From positions 59,710 to 123,709 of the forward strand of contig JAFRLQ010000053.1 in the NCBI GenBank assembly GCA_017431145.1: a stretch of 64,000 nt of DNA. The letters run 5' to 3'. The notes beneath the pieces are model-generated. The model was not told the origin of the DNA. It ran no database searches and saw only the letters and a list, made by a program, of their open reading frames with translations. The DNA comes from Clostridia bacterium. Lineage in GTDB: Bacteria; Bacillota; Clostridia; Christensenellales; Maliibacteriaceae. Of this stretch, positions 16,711-24,836 are shown in pieces (within the stretch, counting starts at the first letter, position 1; every line of letters begins with the position of its first letter). The translations under genes were made by a program, and so were the position numbers.

Positions 16711-18085
16711 GGTTCTTTCTCTCCCTGATCGTGTTTTCGATAATGTTCCGCGCCTCGTTTTCCAGATCGACGGAGTAGTTGTCGTACAGGATGTAGACCG
16801 CTTCCCCGTCCTTCAGCACCAGTTCCGGAGCCAGATCCTTCATCTGCGCGACTGCATGCAGACGTTCTTTCGGGATCCCTGCCACGAGCATGCGGAATAC
16901 GAAGTCCTGTGCGCGTTTGCCGACCGCCACGATATTGTAGATCTTTTCATCATTCAGGAACTCGAAGTCCGTATCGTAGATATAAGTCAGGTTCTCGGAA
17001 TCGCCGAAATGCGCGTCTTCCAGCATCATGACGATCTCTTTCTCTTTGGGCTGTTTGCTCACATAGTCAAACACGACGGAGCATGCCGTGGAGATCTGGC
17101 CTTTGGCCATGTTGGAGATGACGTCGATCCCCTCCACCGTGCTGTTGCGGTAGCGCGTGCTCACGATGGTGACATTCTCGAGGATGTCGACCAGTTTATC
17201 CGGCTCGATACCGAATTCGCGCAGGAACGCGATCACCGTCACCTCATTGTAGAGATTGAAAATGCTGTTGGAGATCATGTGATAGGAATAGATCTGTCCG
17301 TTCTTATCCCGCACCTGCATCCGCATGGTCCCGTAATCGAACGATACGGCCTCATAATCCGGTTCGGGCGAGGCGAAGCCGCAGGCCGGGCAGTGCGCTC
17401 TGCCGATGTGGTTGTAATGCACATAATCATAGACAAGAGGCGTATGACAGACAGGACATACCTGGATGTCGTTGACGATATTGCGGCATTCGTCGCTGTC
17501 GCCCTCCATGTGTCCGGTACCGTAATACACGTTCTTCTGATCTGTCTTCAGCCGTGCGCTGATCAGGTCATCCGCGTTCAGAATGAGCTTCGTCGTCTTC
17601 GGCAGCCCCTTCTGGACCACATCAAAAATGTAATGCGGATGCGGGTTGCGTGACAGAGAGTCCCTTGACAGATTCGTGCAGACCAGATAGGTCGGCTTCA
17701 CGTGTTCATAGACCAGAATCGAGCTGCGCTCGTCCACTTCCAGAACGCCGATATCATGCTTGGATTTATTGAACAGCGTCGCATTGTTGACCAGTGCAGC
17801 GGTGATTCCCGTGATGATATTGGACCCAAGCCGGTTGCTGGTGACGTCATAACCTGCCGCTTCAAGGCAGTCTGAGATCATGTTCGTCATCGTCGTCTTT
17901 CCGTTCGTGCCGGTCACCGCGATGACTGTCCTGGGTTTGACGATCCTGGCGAGAATGTTGGGACACAGTTTCAGCGCGACGATTCCCGGGAAGTTCGTTC
18001 CCTCTTTTTTGATGACTTTGTGGAACAGCCGGATGAGTACCTTTGCTGCCTTGGCCGCCCACAGTGCGAAATAAAACCTGATCAC
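16703..18085 (-). CDS. murT: MurT-like Mur-ligase family protein (lipid II isoglutaminyl synthase ligase-subunit homologue)
   Basis: 460 aa. P-loop VTGTNGKTT. MurT-specific Cys4 ribbon CPVCHTPLVYDYVHYNHIGRAHCPACGF. DUF1727-like C-terminus. Confidence 0.75.
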   Translation of the reverse strand: MIRFYFALWAAKAAKVLIRLFHKVIKKEGTNFPGIVALKLCPNILARIVKPRTVIAVTGTNGKTTMTNMISDCLEAAGYDVTSNRLGSNIITGITAALVNNATLFNKSKHDIGVLEVDERSSILVYEHVKPTYLVCTNLSRDSLSRNPHPHYIFDVVQKGLPKTTKLILNADDLISARLKTDQKNVYYGTGHMEGDSDECRNIVNDIQVCPVCHTPLVYDYVHYNHIGRAHCPACGFASPEPDYEAVSFDYGTMRMQVRDKNGQIYSYHMISNSIFNLYNEVTVIAFLREFGIEPDKLVDILENVTIVSTRYRNSTVEGIDVISNMAKGQISTACSVVFDYVSKQPKEKEIVMMLEDAHFGDSENLTYIYDTDFEFLNDEKIYNIVAVGKRAQDFVFRMLVAGIPKERLHAVAQMKDLAPELVLKDGEAVYILYDNYSVDLENEARNIIENTIRERKNHA

Positions 18086-19761
18086 TTCGCTGCATTAGCC
18101 TCCTTGTTCTTGTTTCTTTTGAATATACCGGTGATCTTGTCGATCAGTCCGGAAAGTTTTCCCGTTCCCGCGATCCGCCGCAGTGCGCCGGTGCGGTATG
18201 TCAGAACCAGATAGATCCCCACCGTCACGATTCCCGCCGCAAGAAGCAGCAGCATCACAATGATTTTGCTCGTCATCTCCCCGCGGAACAGCGCGAACCG
18301 CAGGCCGACCATAAGCAGAATGGACAGGATTAGCGGACCGTAATATCTTTTCATGAAGATGAACACATCTTTATACCGGAATCCGTAGCTCTTCTTCATG
18401 CTCGTCAGAATGATCGCCGTGGAAGTCGTTGCCCCGATGATCGAAGCCAGCACGGAGCCGATATAGCAAGGCGCGCCGATCGTATTCAGCAGCAGGATCA
18501 GCGGAATGTCAAGCCCCGCGTTGACGGTGATGCCGATCAGCGTGTTGGCGAACAGGACCTTGTACTTGCGCATGCCCTGCAGCATCATATTCAGCACCAG
18601 CTGAATGGAAAACGCGATGCTCAGGATCGCCTGCACCATAAGGACCGTCGCGCCGTACTGCGACGGGCCGTAAAAGAAGAAGTAGACCGGCTTGGCGAAC
18701 ACGATGATGAACGCCGCCATGGGGAATCCGATATAGAAAAGCGTGTTGATCACGTAATTGACCTTCTCATTGATCCCGTTATATTCCTTATGGGTAAAAT
18801 CCGTCACGACAAAGGGGATCACGCTGGCGCACATCCCGATGCCGATCGCGTTGATCACCATGCAGATCTTGGAAGACCAGGTGATGACCACGCTGGCGAT
18901 CAGTTCGCTCTGGGCACCCGAGAAGCCCACGAGCTTCATGCCTTCCAGAACAAGTTTCAGGTCCACCATCTGGTAAACGTCCTGCGACGCTGAGATCAGA
19001 ATGACCGGCAGCGCGTAGAGCAGGATCCTTTTTGCGATCTTCTGCCAGGGGATCGTCGGCGGATAATCCGTATCCTTTTTCAGGTCCTTCCTGCTGGCAA
19101 ACGCACGCGCCTTGAGAAAGAGCAGCGCCACAAGTCCGCCCAGTACCGTTCCAGCCAGGGCAACCGATACGCCGATGTCTGTTCTGCCGCTCAGCACGTT
19201 GATCACGATATAGGATCCGACGAGCGCCACAAAGATCCGTACCAACTGCTCGATCACCTGGGAGATCGAGGACGGGTTGATGTACTTGTTCCCCTGAAGA
19301 TAACCGCGCGTGACGCTCAGAAACGGGATGACCAGCAGGCAGAACGAGATCACGCGGATGACCATGACCACGCTCCGGAAATCGCTTCCGCCTGTGATGT
19401 CTCCGATATAGAACCGTGTGATGAGCGGCGCGAACGAGAACATCAGAATGAACATCACCAGACCGATGAGTCCGATCAGACGGTTGGCGACGCGGTTCGC
19501 AAGTTCGCGTTCCGAAAACATGTTGAGCGCATTGTACTCCGCAACGATCAGGGAGACCGCCGTGGGGATGCCGCTTGTGGAAACATTCAGGAACAGATTG
19601 TAGACGTTATAAGCATATCCGTAGAGGACGCCGCCCTGTTCCCCGATGATCTTGTAAAACGGAATGACGTATACGGCGCCAAGCACCTTTGTCAGTATGA
19701 TCGCGATATAGGCGATCACGGTGCCTTCCACGAATGTGTTCTTTTTCATTTTTCTTGCCAT
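18082..19761 (-). CDS. MOP-superfamily flippase (MurJ/SpoVB/polysaccharide biosynthesis protein type)
   Basis: 559 aa with about 14 hydrophobic helices. 4-nt overlap with the downstream murT-like gene. Confidence 0.75.
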   Translation of the reverse strand: MARKMKKNTFVEGTVIAYIAIILTKVLGAVYVIPFYKIIGEQGGVLYGYAYNVYNLFLNVSTSGIPTAVSLIVAEYNALNMFSERELANRVANRLIGLIGLVMFILMFSFAPLITRFYIGDITGGSDFRSVVMVIRVISFCLLVIPFLSVTRGYLQGNKYINPSSISQVIEQLVRIFVALVGSYIVINVLSGRTDIGVSVALAGTVLGGLVALLFLKARAFASRKDLKKDTDYPPTIPWQKIAKRILLYALPVILISASQDVYQMVDLKLVLEGMKLVGFSGAQSELIASVVITWSSKICMVINAIGIGMCASVIPFVVTDFTHKEYNGINEKVNYVINTLFYIGFPMAAFIIVFAKPVYFFFYGPSQYGATVLMVQAILSIAFSIQLVLNMMLQGMRKYKVLFANTLIGITVNAGLDIPLILLLNTIGAPCYIGSVLASIIGATTSTAIILTSMKKSYGFRYKDVFIFMKRYYGPLILSILLMVGLRFALFRGEMTSKIIVMLLLLAAGIVTVGIYLVLTYRTGALRRIAGTGKLSGLIDKITGIFKRNKNKEANAAK

Positions 19762-19865
19762 AGATTCCGCCGTTTCACTCCTGCAGTATATTCATCATAG
19801 CATGGCGTACAGTTCCTGTACCCATCCTTTCGTATGGTTTCTTCCCTCTTCTCCGGACTTTCCGT

Positions 19866-20858
19866 TCACTCCGGTTCCGCAGCAGCCCGCGCCTGCTCCA
19901 GTTTTTCCAGATACGCGCCGCGCACATTTTCCGGGGAAAGGATCCTCACTTTTCCTGAGAACCCAAACACCCAGTTGTAGAAGGTCTGCCCCGTCGCGAC
20001 ATCCGCCTCCACATCGAACCATTCTTCGTCGATCACCTCGGTGCGGACACGCTCACCGAAGCGGTCGATCACAGCATCCATCGTCGATACATGGCACCGG
20101 AGCGTGACCGTCTCCACTTCCGTATTCATCATCCGGAAATGCGTCTGCAGATACCGGTCCAGATTGAAGTCCTTCGGTCTCGGCTCTGCTTTTTCATCAA
20201 GGAGCTCGGGCTGGTGCGCGATCCGGTCGACCCGGAAACTCGCAATGCCGCCGTGTTTGTCGGAATAGCCCAGCGCGTAGTAGAAATCTCCGTTCCAGAC
20301 CATCGCGTACGGACTGAACACATACCATTCTCCGCCATGCCGCAGCTGTTTCTTCTTGTGTATATCATAATAGAAATACTGGAACCGGATTTTTCTGCGT
20401 TTCTGGATCGCTTCATGGATCCTGTCTGCGATATAATAAACGGATTCGTTGCTCCCGCGGATCCTTCCCTCGGGATTGTTGAACCGTTTCAGTTCCTCGG
20501 ATGTATATCTGCTGGCAAGAGACGCCAGTTTGTCTGTCAGTTCACGGCTCTTTTTCGCCGTAATGAACTTTGAGGATTCCACAGCGTCGATCAGCAGTTT
20601 CAGTTCCGGAATCTGAAAGATCCTCGTCACCAGCCGGTATCTGTTCTGTGTCGAATGCGTCACGACAACGTCCGCTCCGAAGGCAATCAGCGTCTCGATA
20701 TCACGCGTGACCGTCGTCCTGTGGGCGTCGATCCCCCAGCGCTCCTTCAGAAGGCGCATGATCTGCGCCGTCGTAAGATAATGCTCCTCATCCGTCAGTT
20801 CCATCAGGAGTCTGTAAATGTAAAATATCCTGCTCTGATTCTCCGTCACCGATGACAT
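19866..20858 (-). CDS. HTH + WYL-domain transcriptional regulator (YafY/PafBC-like)
   Basis: The track ORF runs 19866-20951. I trimmed it to MSSVTENQSRIFYIYRLL at 20858 (start uncertain; 20894 is an alternative). N-terminal wHTH, a central WYL-like segment (IRFQYFYYD...YVFSPYAMVWNGDFYYALGY) and a C-terminal WCX-like part. Confidence 0.75.
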   Translation of the reverse strand: MSSVTENQSRIFYIYRLLMELTDEEHYLTTAQIMRLLKERWGIDAHRTTVTRDIETLIAFGADVVVTHSTQNRYRLVTRIFQIPELKLLIDAVESSKFITAKKSRELTDKLASLASRYTSEELKRFNNPEGRIRGSNESVYYIADRIHEAIQKRRKIRFQYFYYDIHKKKQLRHGGEWYVFSPYAMVWNGDFYYALGYSDKHGGIASFRVDRIAHQPELLDEKAEPRPKDFNLDRYLQTHFRMMNTEVETVTLRCHVSTMDAVIDRFGERVRTEVIDEEWFDVEADVATGQTFYNWVFGFSGKVRILSPENVRGAYLEKLEQARAAAEPE

Positions 20859-20934
20859 ATTCCCGCGTATCCTTCCAGTATCATTCCCGGTCATTATATC
20901 AGATATCGAAAAAAACCGACACCTCAGCAGGCAA

Positions 20935-20968
20935 AGAGAGCGTGGAAACATTTGTCTCCACGCTCTCT
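20935..20968 (-). terminator. 12-bp inverted repeat: terminator of the 158-aa gene and/or operator in front of the WYL gene
   Basis: AGAGAGCGTGGA-N10-TCCACGCTCTCT. The minus-strand T-run (TTTTTTT) lies about 20 nt downstream, not adjacent. Confidence 0.45.
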
Positions 20969-20981
20969 CGTACTCTTCAGA

Positions 20982-21458
20982 TCAGAACAGACGCGGTCTC
21001 CAGTGCACATCCATCTGTCTTTTTTCGATCCGCATACCGGGATCAAACGAGGCAAACATCTTCTCGATCGCAGTCACTGCCTTGTTCATCCTCAGTGCAT
21101 CTTCCGGCATGCCGTTTCTCGTGTTCCATTTCAGGAACTGAAAGCGGTATACTGTCTCCTCTCCTGCGTCCTCGATCTTCTTCAGCGCTGCGACCCATCC
21201 GACGCCCGATATCTCAAAATCCTGCTGGGAAATGCTTCCCTTGCAGCCCACGCCGGTATTCTGCGCGATCTGTTTCAGCTGCTCTGCGACCTGCTGCGGA
21301 TCCACTGCCTTCAGATGGAAATCCTCAGCTTCTTTCATAAAATCCGGTTTCCGTTCCGCGATCTCTCCGCTTGCGACCAGCTTCTTGTGCTTCTGGTTCG
21401 CCAGCACGATCACGACTGCCAGAATGACCACCACAACCCCGACAATTGCCCAGACCAT
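20982..21458 (-). CDS. Hypothetical N-terminally membrane-anchored protein
   Basis: 158 aa. N-terminal TM helix MVWAIVGVVVVILAVVIVLA, then a soluble domain with no recognisable family. AGGAGGGA RBS. Confidence 0.6.
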   Translation of the reverse strand: MVWAIVGVVVVILAVVIVLANQKHKKLVASGEIAERKPDFMKEAEDFHLKAVDPQQVAEQLKQIAQNTGVGCKGSISQQDFEISGVGWVAALKKIEDAGEETVYRFQFLKWNTRNGMPEDALRMNKAVTAIEKMFASFDPGMRIEKRQMDVHWRPRLF

Positions 21459-21514
21459 TTCTGTCCCTCCTGTTTTCCTGAATCGTTTTTTCCATTATAC
21501 GCCGTCTTCATCTT

Positions 21515-21523
21515 TGCTATAAT
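21515..21523 (+). promoter_or_regulatory. Extended -10 promoter element (TGcTATAAT) immediately left of the IS element
   Basis: TGCTATAAT at 21515-21523. It now reads into tnpA. Without the IS it would sit about 20 nt upstream of the GGAGG RBS of the gene at 23612. Confidence 0.45.
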
Positions 21524-21533
21524 CATTTTAACA
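21524..21533 (+). repeat. Left copy of the 10-nt direct repeat CATTTTAACA flanking the IS element
   Basis: Identical 10-mer at 23589-23598. Confidence 0.8.
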
Positions 21534-21595
21534 CGCATGCAGCAAGAATTCTCCCACCTCTGCAGGTGGCAAGATGAATTGCGGAACAGCATGCG
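21534..21595 (+). repeat. IS left-end (LE) imperfect palindrome
   Basis: Nested pairings: CGCATGC (21534-40) with GCATGCG (21589-95), AATTC (21547-51) with GAATT (21576-80), and CCACCT (21554-59) with AGGTGG (21564-69). Confidence 0.65.
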
Positions 21596-21662
21596 CATAT
21601 TTGAAATATCCCGTAATTTGGATTATAATCAGTAGTAGAGAGAAAATAAAGGGATATTTCAA

Positions 21663-22061
21663 ATGAAACTGTACAACAACAATCACTCAGTGTTCGCGCT
21701 GCATTATCACCTGGTGCTGGTCGTGAAATACCGCAGGAATGTGATCGATGATGAGATATCAGCAAGATTGCGCGAGATTTTTTCGTATATCGGAGAAGCC
21801 TACAAGATCACGATCGAAGAGTGGAATCATGATGGAGATCATGTGCATGTTCTGTTTCGGGGAGAACCGAAGAGCGAACTGACGCATTTTATCAATGCAT
21901 ATAAATCAGCAAGCAGCAGACTGATCAAAAAGGAACATCCTGAAATACGGGAGAAACTGTGGAAAGAAATGTTCTGGTCACGGTCATTCTGCCTGATCAC
22001 GACAGGCGGTGCGCCGATGGAAACGATTCGCAGATACATCGAGAAGCAGGGAGAAAAGTGA
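21663..22061 (+). CDS. tnpA: IS200/IS605-family Y1 (HUH) transposase TnpA
   Basis: 132 aa. HYHLVLVVKYRR, HUH motif DHVHVLF, and the C-terminal catalytic Tyr context RRYIEKQ. Confidence 0.9.
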   Translation: MKLYNNNHSVFALHYHLVLVVKYRRNVIDDEISARLREIFSYIGEAYKITIEEWNHDGDHVHVLFRGEPKSELTHFINAYKSASSRLIKKEHPEIREKLWKEMFWSRSFCLITTGGAPMETIRRYIEKQGEK

Positions 22062-23431
22062 TGGAGACCGGAATGTTCCATAAGGCGGAAAAATACGCGG
22101 TGAGCAAACGGGCGCTGACTGAAGAGACCAGTACCTTTCTGATGCAGAACTTCGGCTGCAGCAGAAAAGTGTACAACCTGTATACGGACTGGCTGTATAA
22201 GAGGCTGGAAGAAGCAGGCTATGAGGGCGGAAACCGTCTGCCTCAGCTGAAACTGCCGGAAGTAAGAGAATTCAAGAAAGCATATCCTTATCTGAAGGAA
22301 GCGGATTCTCTGGGACTGGCGAACGCGAAGATCGCGTTCGAGCAGGCGATGAAGCACTTCAATGAGGACTGTGATCATAAGACCTACACAAAGACAGCGC
22401 TGAAGCGCGCGAAGAGCGGAACGGAAGCATTGAGTTTCCGCGGCCTGACCGGGATGCCGAAGTTTCACAGCAGAGCGCACGGGGATCTTTCCTACACGAC
22501 GAACTGCCAGTATCCGTCAGAGGGAAACAGCCTGAAGCAGCCGACGGTGCGTCTGGAGGGAAACAGGCTGTATCTGCCGAAATGGAAGGACGGGATCGAA
22601 CTGATCGTGCACCGTCCGCTGCCGGAAGGAGCGAAGATCGGGAATGTGACGATGAGCATGGATCCCGGCGGGACGTTCTATGCGGCAGTGGAGTACGAAT
22701 ATGAGAAAAGAAGGGATGCCACGCTGCGTGACGCAGTCAAAGCGGGAGACAGTGAAACACTGAAGGATCTGAAGATCCTTGGGCTGGATTATTCGCAGGA
22801 AGCGTTCTATGTGGACAGTGAGGGCAGGAAAGCCAACTACCCGCACTATTACAGGGAAGCGGAAGCGAAACTGGCAAAAGAGCAGAGGAAACTGTCCCGT
22901 ATGGAGAAGGGATCCAAGAACTGGGAGAAGCAGCTGAAGAAGGTGCAGAAGACCGGGAAGAAGATCCAGAACCAGCGGAAGGACTGGATCTGCAAGGAAG
23001 CGCTGAAACTGTCGCGGAAATATGACGCGGTAGCGGTGGAAGATCTGGATATGCGTCAGATGGCCATGGAAGCACATCTGGGGAAAAAGGCATATGACAA
23101 CGGATTCGGGATCTTCCGGACGGTCCTGGCACATAAGCTGGAGGAAAAAGGATCGGTACTGGTAAAAGTGGACCGGTACTATCCGAGCACGAAGAAGTGT
23201 CACTGCTGCGGCGCGTGTGTGTCTGAGATTGCGCTTGGAGTCAGGGAATGGATCTGTCCCGAATGCGGAACACTGCTTGACCGGGACGAAAACGCGGCGA
23301 TCAATATCCGTGACGAAGGCAGGAGGATCTTTGCGGAGTACTTTCTGAAACAAATGGAAGAAGAGGAAAAGACAAAGATGCGCGCGGCGGTCAGATCCGA
23401 ATACAGGCACAGAAAAAAGAAGAAAGAATAA
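22061..23431 (+). CDS. tnpB: TnpB (IS605 OrfB) RNA-guided RuvC-type endonuclease
   Basis: The track ORF 21959-23431 was trimmed to METGMFHK at 22061 (TGATG overlap with the tnpA stop). RuvC D-E-D candidates are present (ILGLDYS, VAVEDLDM, DRDENAAINI), as is the zinc finger CHCCG...CPECG. Confidence 0.9.
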   Translation: METGMFHKAEKYAVSKRALTEETSTFLMQNFGCSRKVYNLYTDWLYKRLEEAGYEGGNRLPQLKLPEVREFKKAYPYLKEADSLGLANAKIAFEQAMKHFNEDCDHKTYTKTALKRAKSGTEALSFRGLTGMPKFHSRAHGDLSYTTNCQYPSEGNSLKQPTVRLEGNRLYLPKWKDGIELIVHRPLPEGAKIGNVTMSMDPGGTFYAAVEYEYEKRRDATLRDAVKAGDSETLKDLKILGLDYSQEAFYVDSEGRKANYPHYYREAEAKLAKEQRKLSRMEKGSKNWEKQLKKVQKTGKKIQNQRKDWICKEALKLSRKYDAVAVEDLDMRQMAMEAHLGKKAYDNGFGIFRTVLAHKLEEKGSVLVKVDRYYPSTKKCHCCGACVSEIALGVREWICPECGTLLDRDENAAINIRDEGRRIFAEYFLKQMEEEEKTKMRAAVRSEYRHRKKKKE

Positions 23432-23598
23432 ACACATCGATCACAAATACTGAACCGGTCGGGACACCGGGGATAGGCCCCTTATCTTGTCAGGGTGCTG
23501 GCACAGCAGGGCAAAATAAAGTGACTGACCGCAAGGTCAGCCACGAAGCCCCCACCTCAGCGCAAGCAGGTGGTGGGTAGTTCACCGACATTTTAACA
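23432..23598 (+). ncRNA. Candidate omega-RNA scaffold / IS right end (RE). The 5' boundary is probably inside the tnpB 3' end and is undetermined
   Basis: Structured non-coding tail after tnpB. It contains a CTGACC-GCAA-GGTCAG hairpin (23525-23540) with a GNRA loop, and CCACCT...GC-GCAA-GC...AGGTGG (23552-23573). Confidence 0.4.
23589..23598 (+). repeat. Right copy of the 10-nt direct repeat CATTTTAACA
   Basis: Identical to 21524-21533. It is followed directly by the GGAGG RBS and the ATG at 23612. Confidence 0.8.
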
Positions 23599-23611
23599 GG
23601 AGGATTTTTCC

Positions 23612-24130
23612 ATGGATTTTCTGAATCTCGCAAAGGACCGCTATTCCTGCAGAATGCTGGATCCCCGTCCGGTTGAACAGGAAAAGATCGACAGGATCAT
23701 TGAAGCCGCGCTCTGCGCACCGACGGCAGTCAACAAGCAGCCTTTCCGCGTCTTCGTGCTGCAGAGCCCCGAAGCACTTGCAAAAGCCGGTGAGGCGTTT
23801 CCCTTCGATTTCGTCCGCAAAGCGCCTGCTCTTATCGTGATCGGCGCGAAAGAGGATGAAGCATGGGTGCGCAAATTCGACAGCCGCAACTTCGCGGATG
23901 TCGATGCAACGATCGTCGCAACGCATGTCATGCTCGCGATCCACGACCTCGGCCTTGTCTCGACGTGGATCGGCAACTTCGATCCCACGGTCATGAAGGC
24001 TGCCTTCCCCGTTATGGAGGGATTGGATCTCATCGCGCTGTTCCCAGTGGCGTATCCCGCGCAGGATGCCGCGCCGGGCGCCAAACACACCGTATCCCGC
24101 GAATGCGGAGAACTTATCTGCAGACTGTAA
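23612..24130 (+). CDS. Nitroreductase-family flavoprotein
   Basis: 172 aa. AKDRYSCRML N-terminal motif and nitroreductase-like core. GGAGG RBS 8 nt upstream. Confidence 0.8.
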   Translation: MDFLNLAKDRYSCRMLDPRPVEQEKIDRIIEAALCAPTAVNKQPFRVFVLQSPEALAKAGEAFPFDFVRKAPALIVIGAKEDEAWVRKFDSRNFADVDATIVATHVMLAIHDLGLVSTWIGNFDPTVMKAAFPVMEGLDLIALFPVAYPAQDAAPGAKHTVSRECGELICRL

Positions 24131-24206
24131 CGTCAAACAGCAAAAACAAAAGGGACCTTTCCTGCGGAGAGGCTCCTTTTGTTTTCCTTCTGTTCTTTTC
24201 TGATGA

Positions 24207-24833
24207 TTACAGGCCGTCCGGGAAACTGGTGGATACGCGCGTTTCCTTTTCCGGAAGCCCTTCCGATTCCTTTGCGGCACTGATGCCGCGCATCAGGAAA
24301 GCCATGTTATGAGCAAGCGTACGCATGGTCTGAAGCCCTTCCAGGTCTTTTCCCACGTCCTTCGCGGTGAATCCGTGCACATTGTTCCAGTACTGGCTGG
24401 AGGCCACAGGCATTCCGCTGATGGTAAAGAACTTGTTCAGCTGTTCAAATGTCGCCGTTGCGCCGCTTCTTCTGCAGCTCACGACCGCAGCGCCGACCTT
24501 CATCGACAGATCCTCGCCGTTGGAATAGAAGATCCTCGTCAGAAGATTTACCAGCGTTCCGTTCGGTCCCGCATAATAGACCGGACTGCCGACGACGATC
24601 CCGTCAGATGCGCGCAGCTTGTCACCGATCTCATTCACAGGATCGTCATTGAACACGCATCTGTCCAGTTTGTCGCAGGCGTTGCATGCCACGCAGCCGC
24701 GAATGATCCGCGAACCGATCTGGATAAGCTCCGTTTCGATCCCTTCTTCGTTCAGCGTCTTTTCCACTTCACGCAACGCTGTGTAAGTGCAGCCCTTCTG
24801 ATGCGGGCTTCCGTTGATGAGCAGTACTTTCAT
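24207..24833 (-). CDS. Flavodoxin-fold NAD(P)H-dependent FMN reductase / iron-sulfur flavoprotein (Isf-like)
   Basis: 208 aa. MKVLLINGSPHQKG N-terminus and a compact Cys motif CVACNACDKLDRC (CX2CX2CX5C). Confidence 0.75.
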   Translation of the reverse strand: MKVLLINGSPHQKGCTYTALREVEKTLNEEGIETELIQIGSRIIRGCVACNACDKLDRCVFNDDPVNEIGDKLRASDGIVVGSPVYYAGPNGTLVNLLTRIFYSNGEDLSMKVGAAVVSCRRSGATATFEQLNKFFTISGMPVASSQYWNNVHGFTAKDVGKDLEGLQTMRTLAHNMAFLMRGISAAKESEGLPEKETRVSTSFPDGL

Positions 24834-24836
24834 TAT

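Larger units (their letters stand above)
21534..23598 (+). mobile_element. IS200/IS605-family insertion sequence (tnpA + tnpB); the boundaries, especially the right end, are approximate
   Basis: Y1 HUH transposase and TnpB overlap by 1 nt. Related subterminal hairpins lie at both ends (CCACCT-CTGC-AGGTGG at 21554-21569; CCACCT-N10-AGGTGG at 23552-23573). The left hairpin foot is 20 nt from the flanking repeat. Confidence 0.8.

Noticed and set aside
21524-23598. Reading the 10-nt flanking repeat as a classical target-site duplication.
   Set aside because: IS200/IS605 Y1 transposases move by single-strand peel-and-paste and do not create duplications. I report the repeat as an observation with alternative explanations instead.
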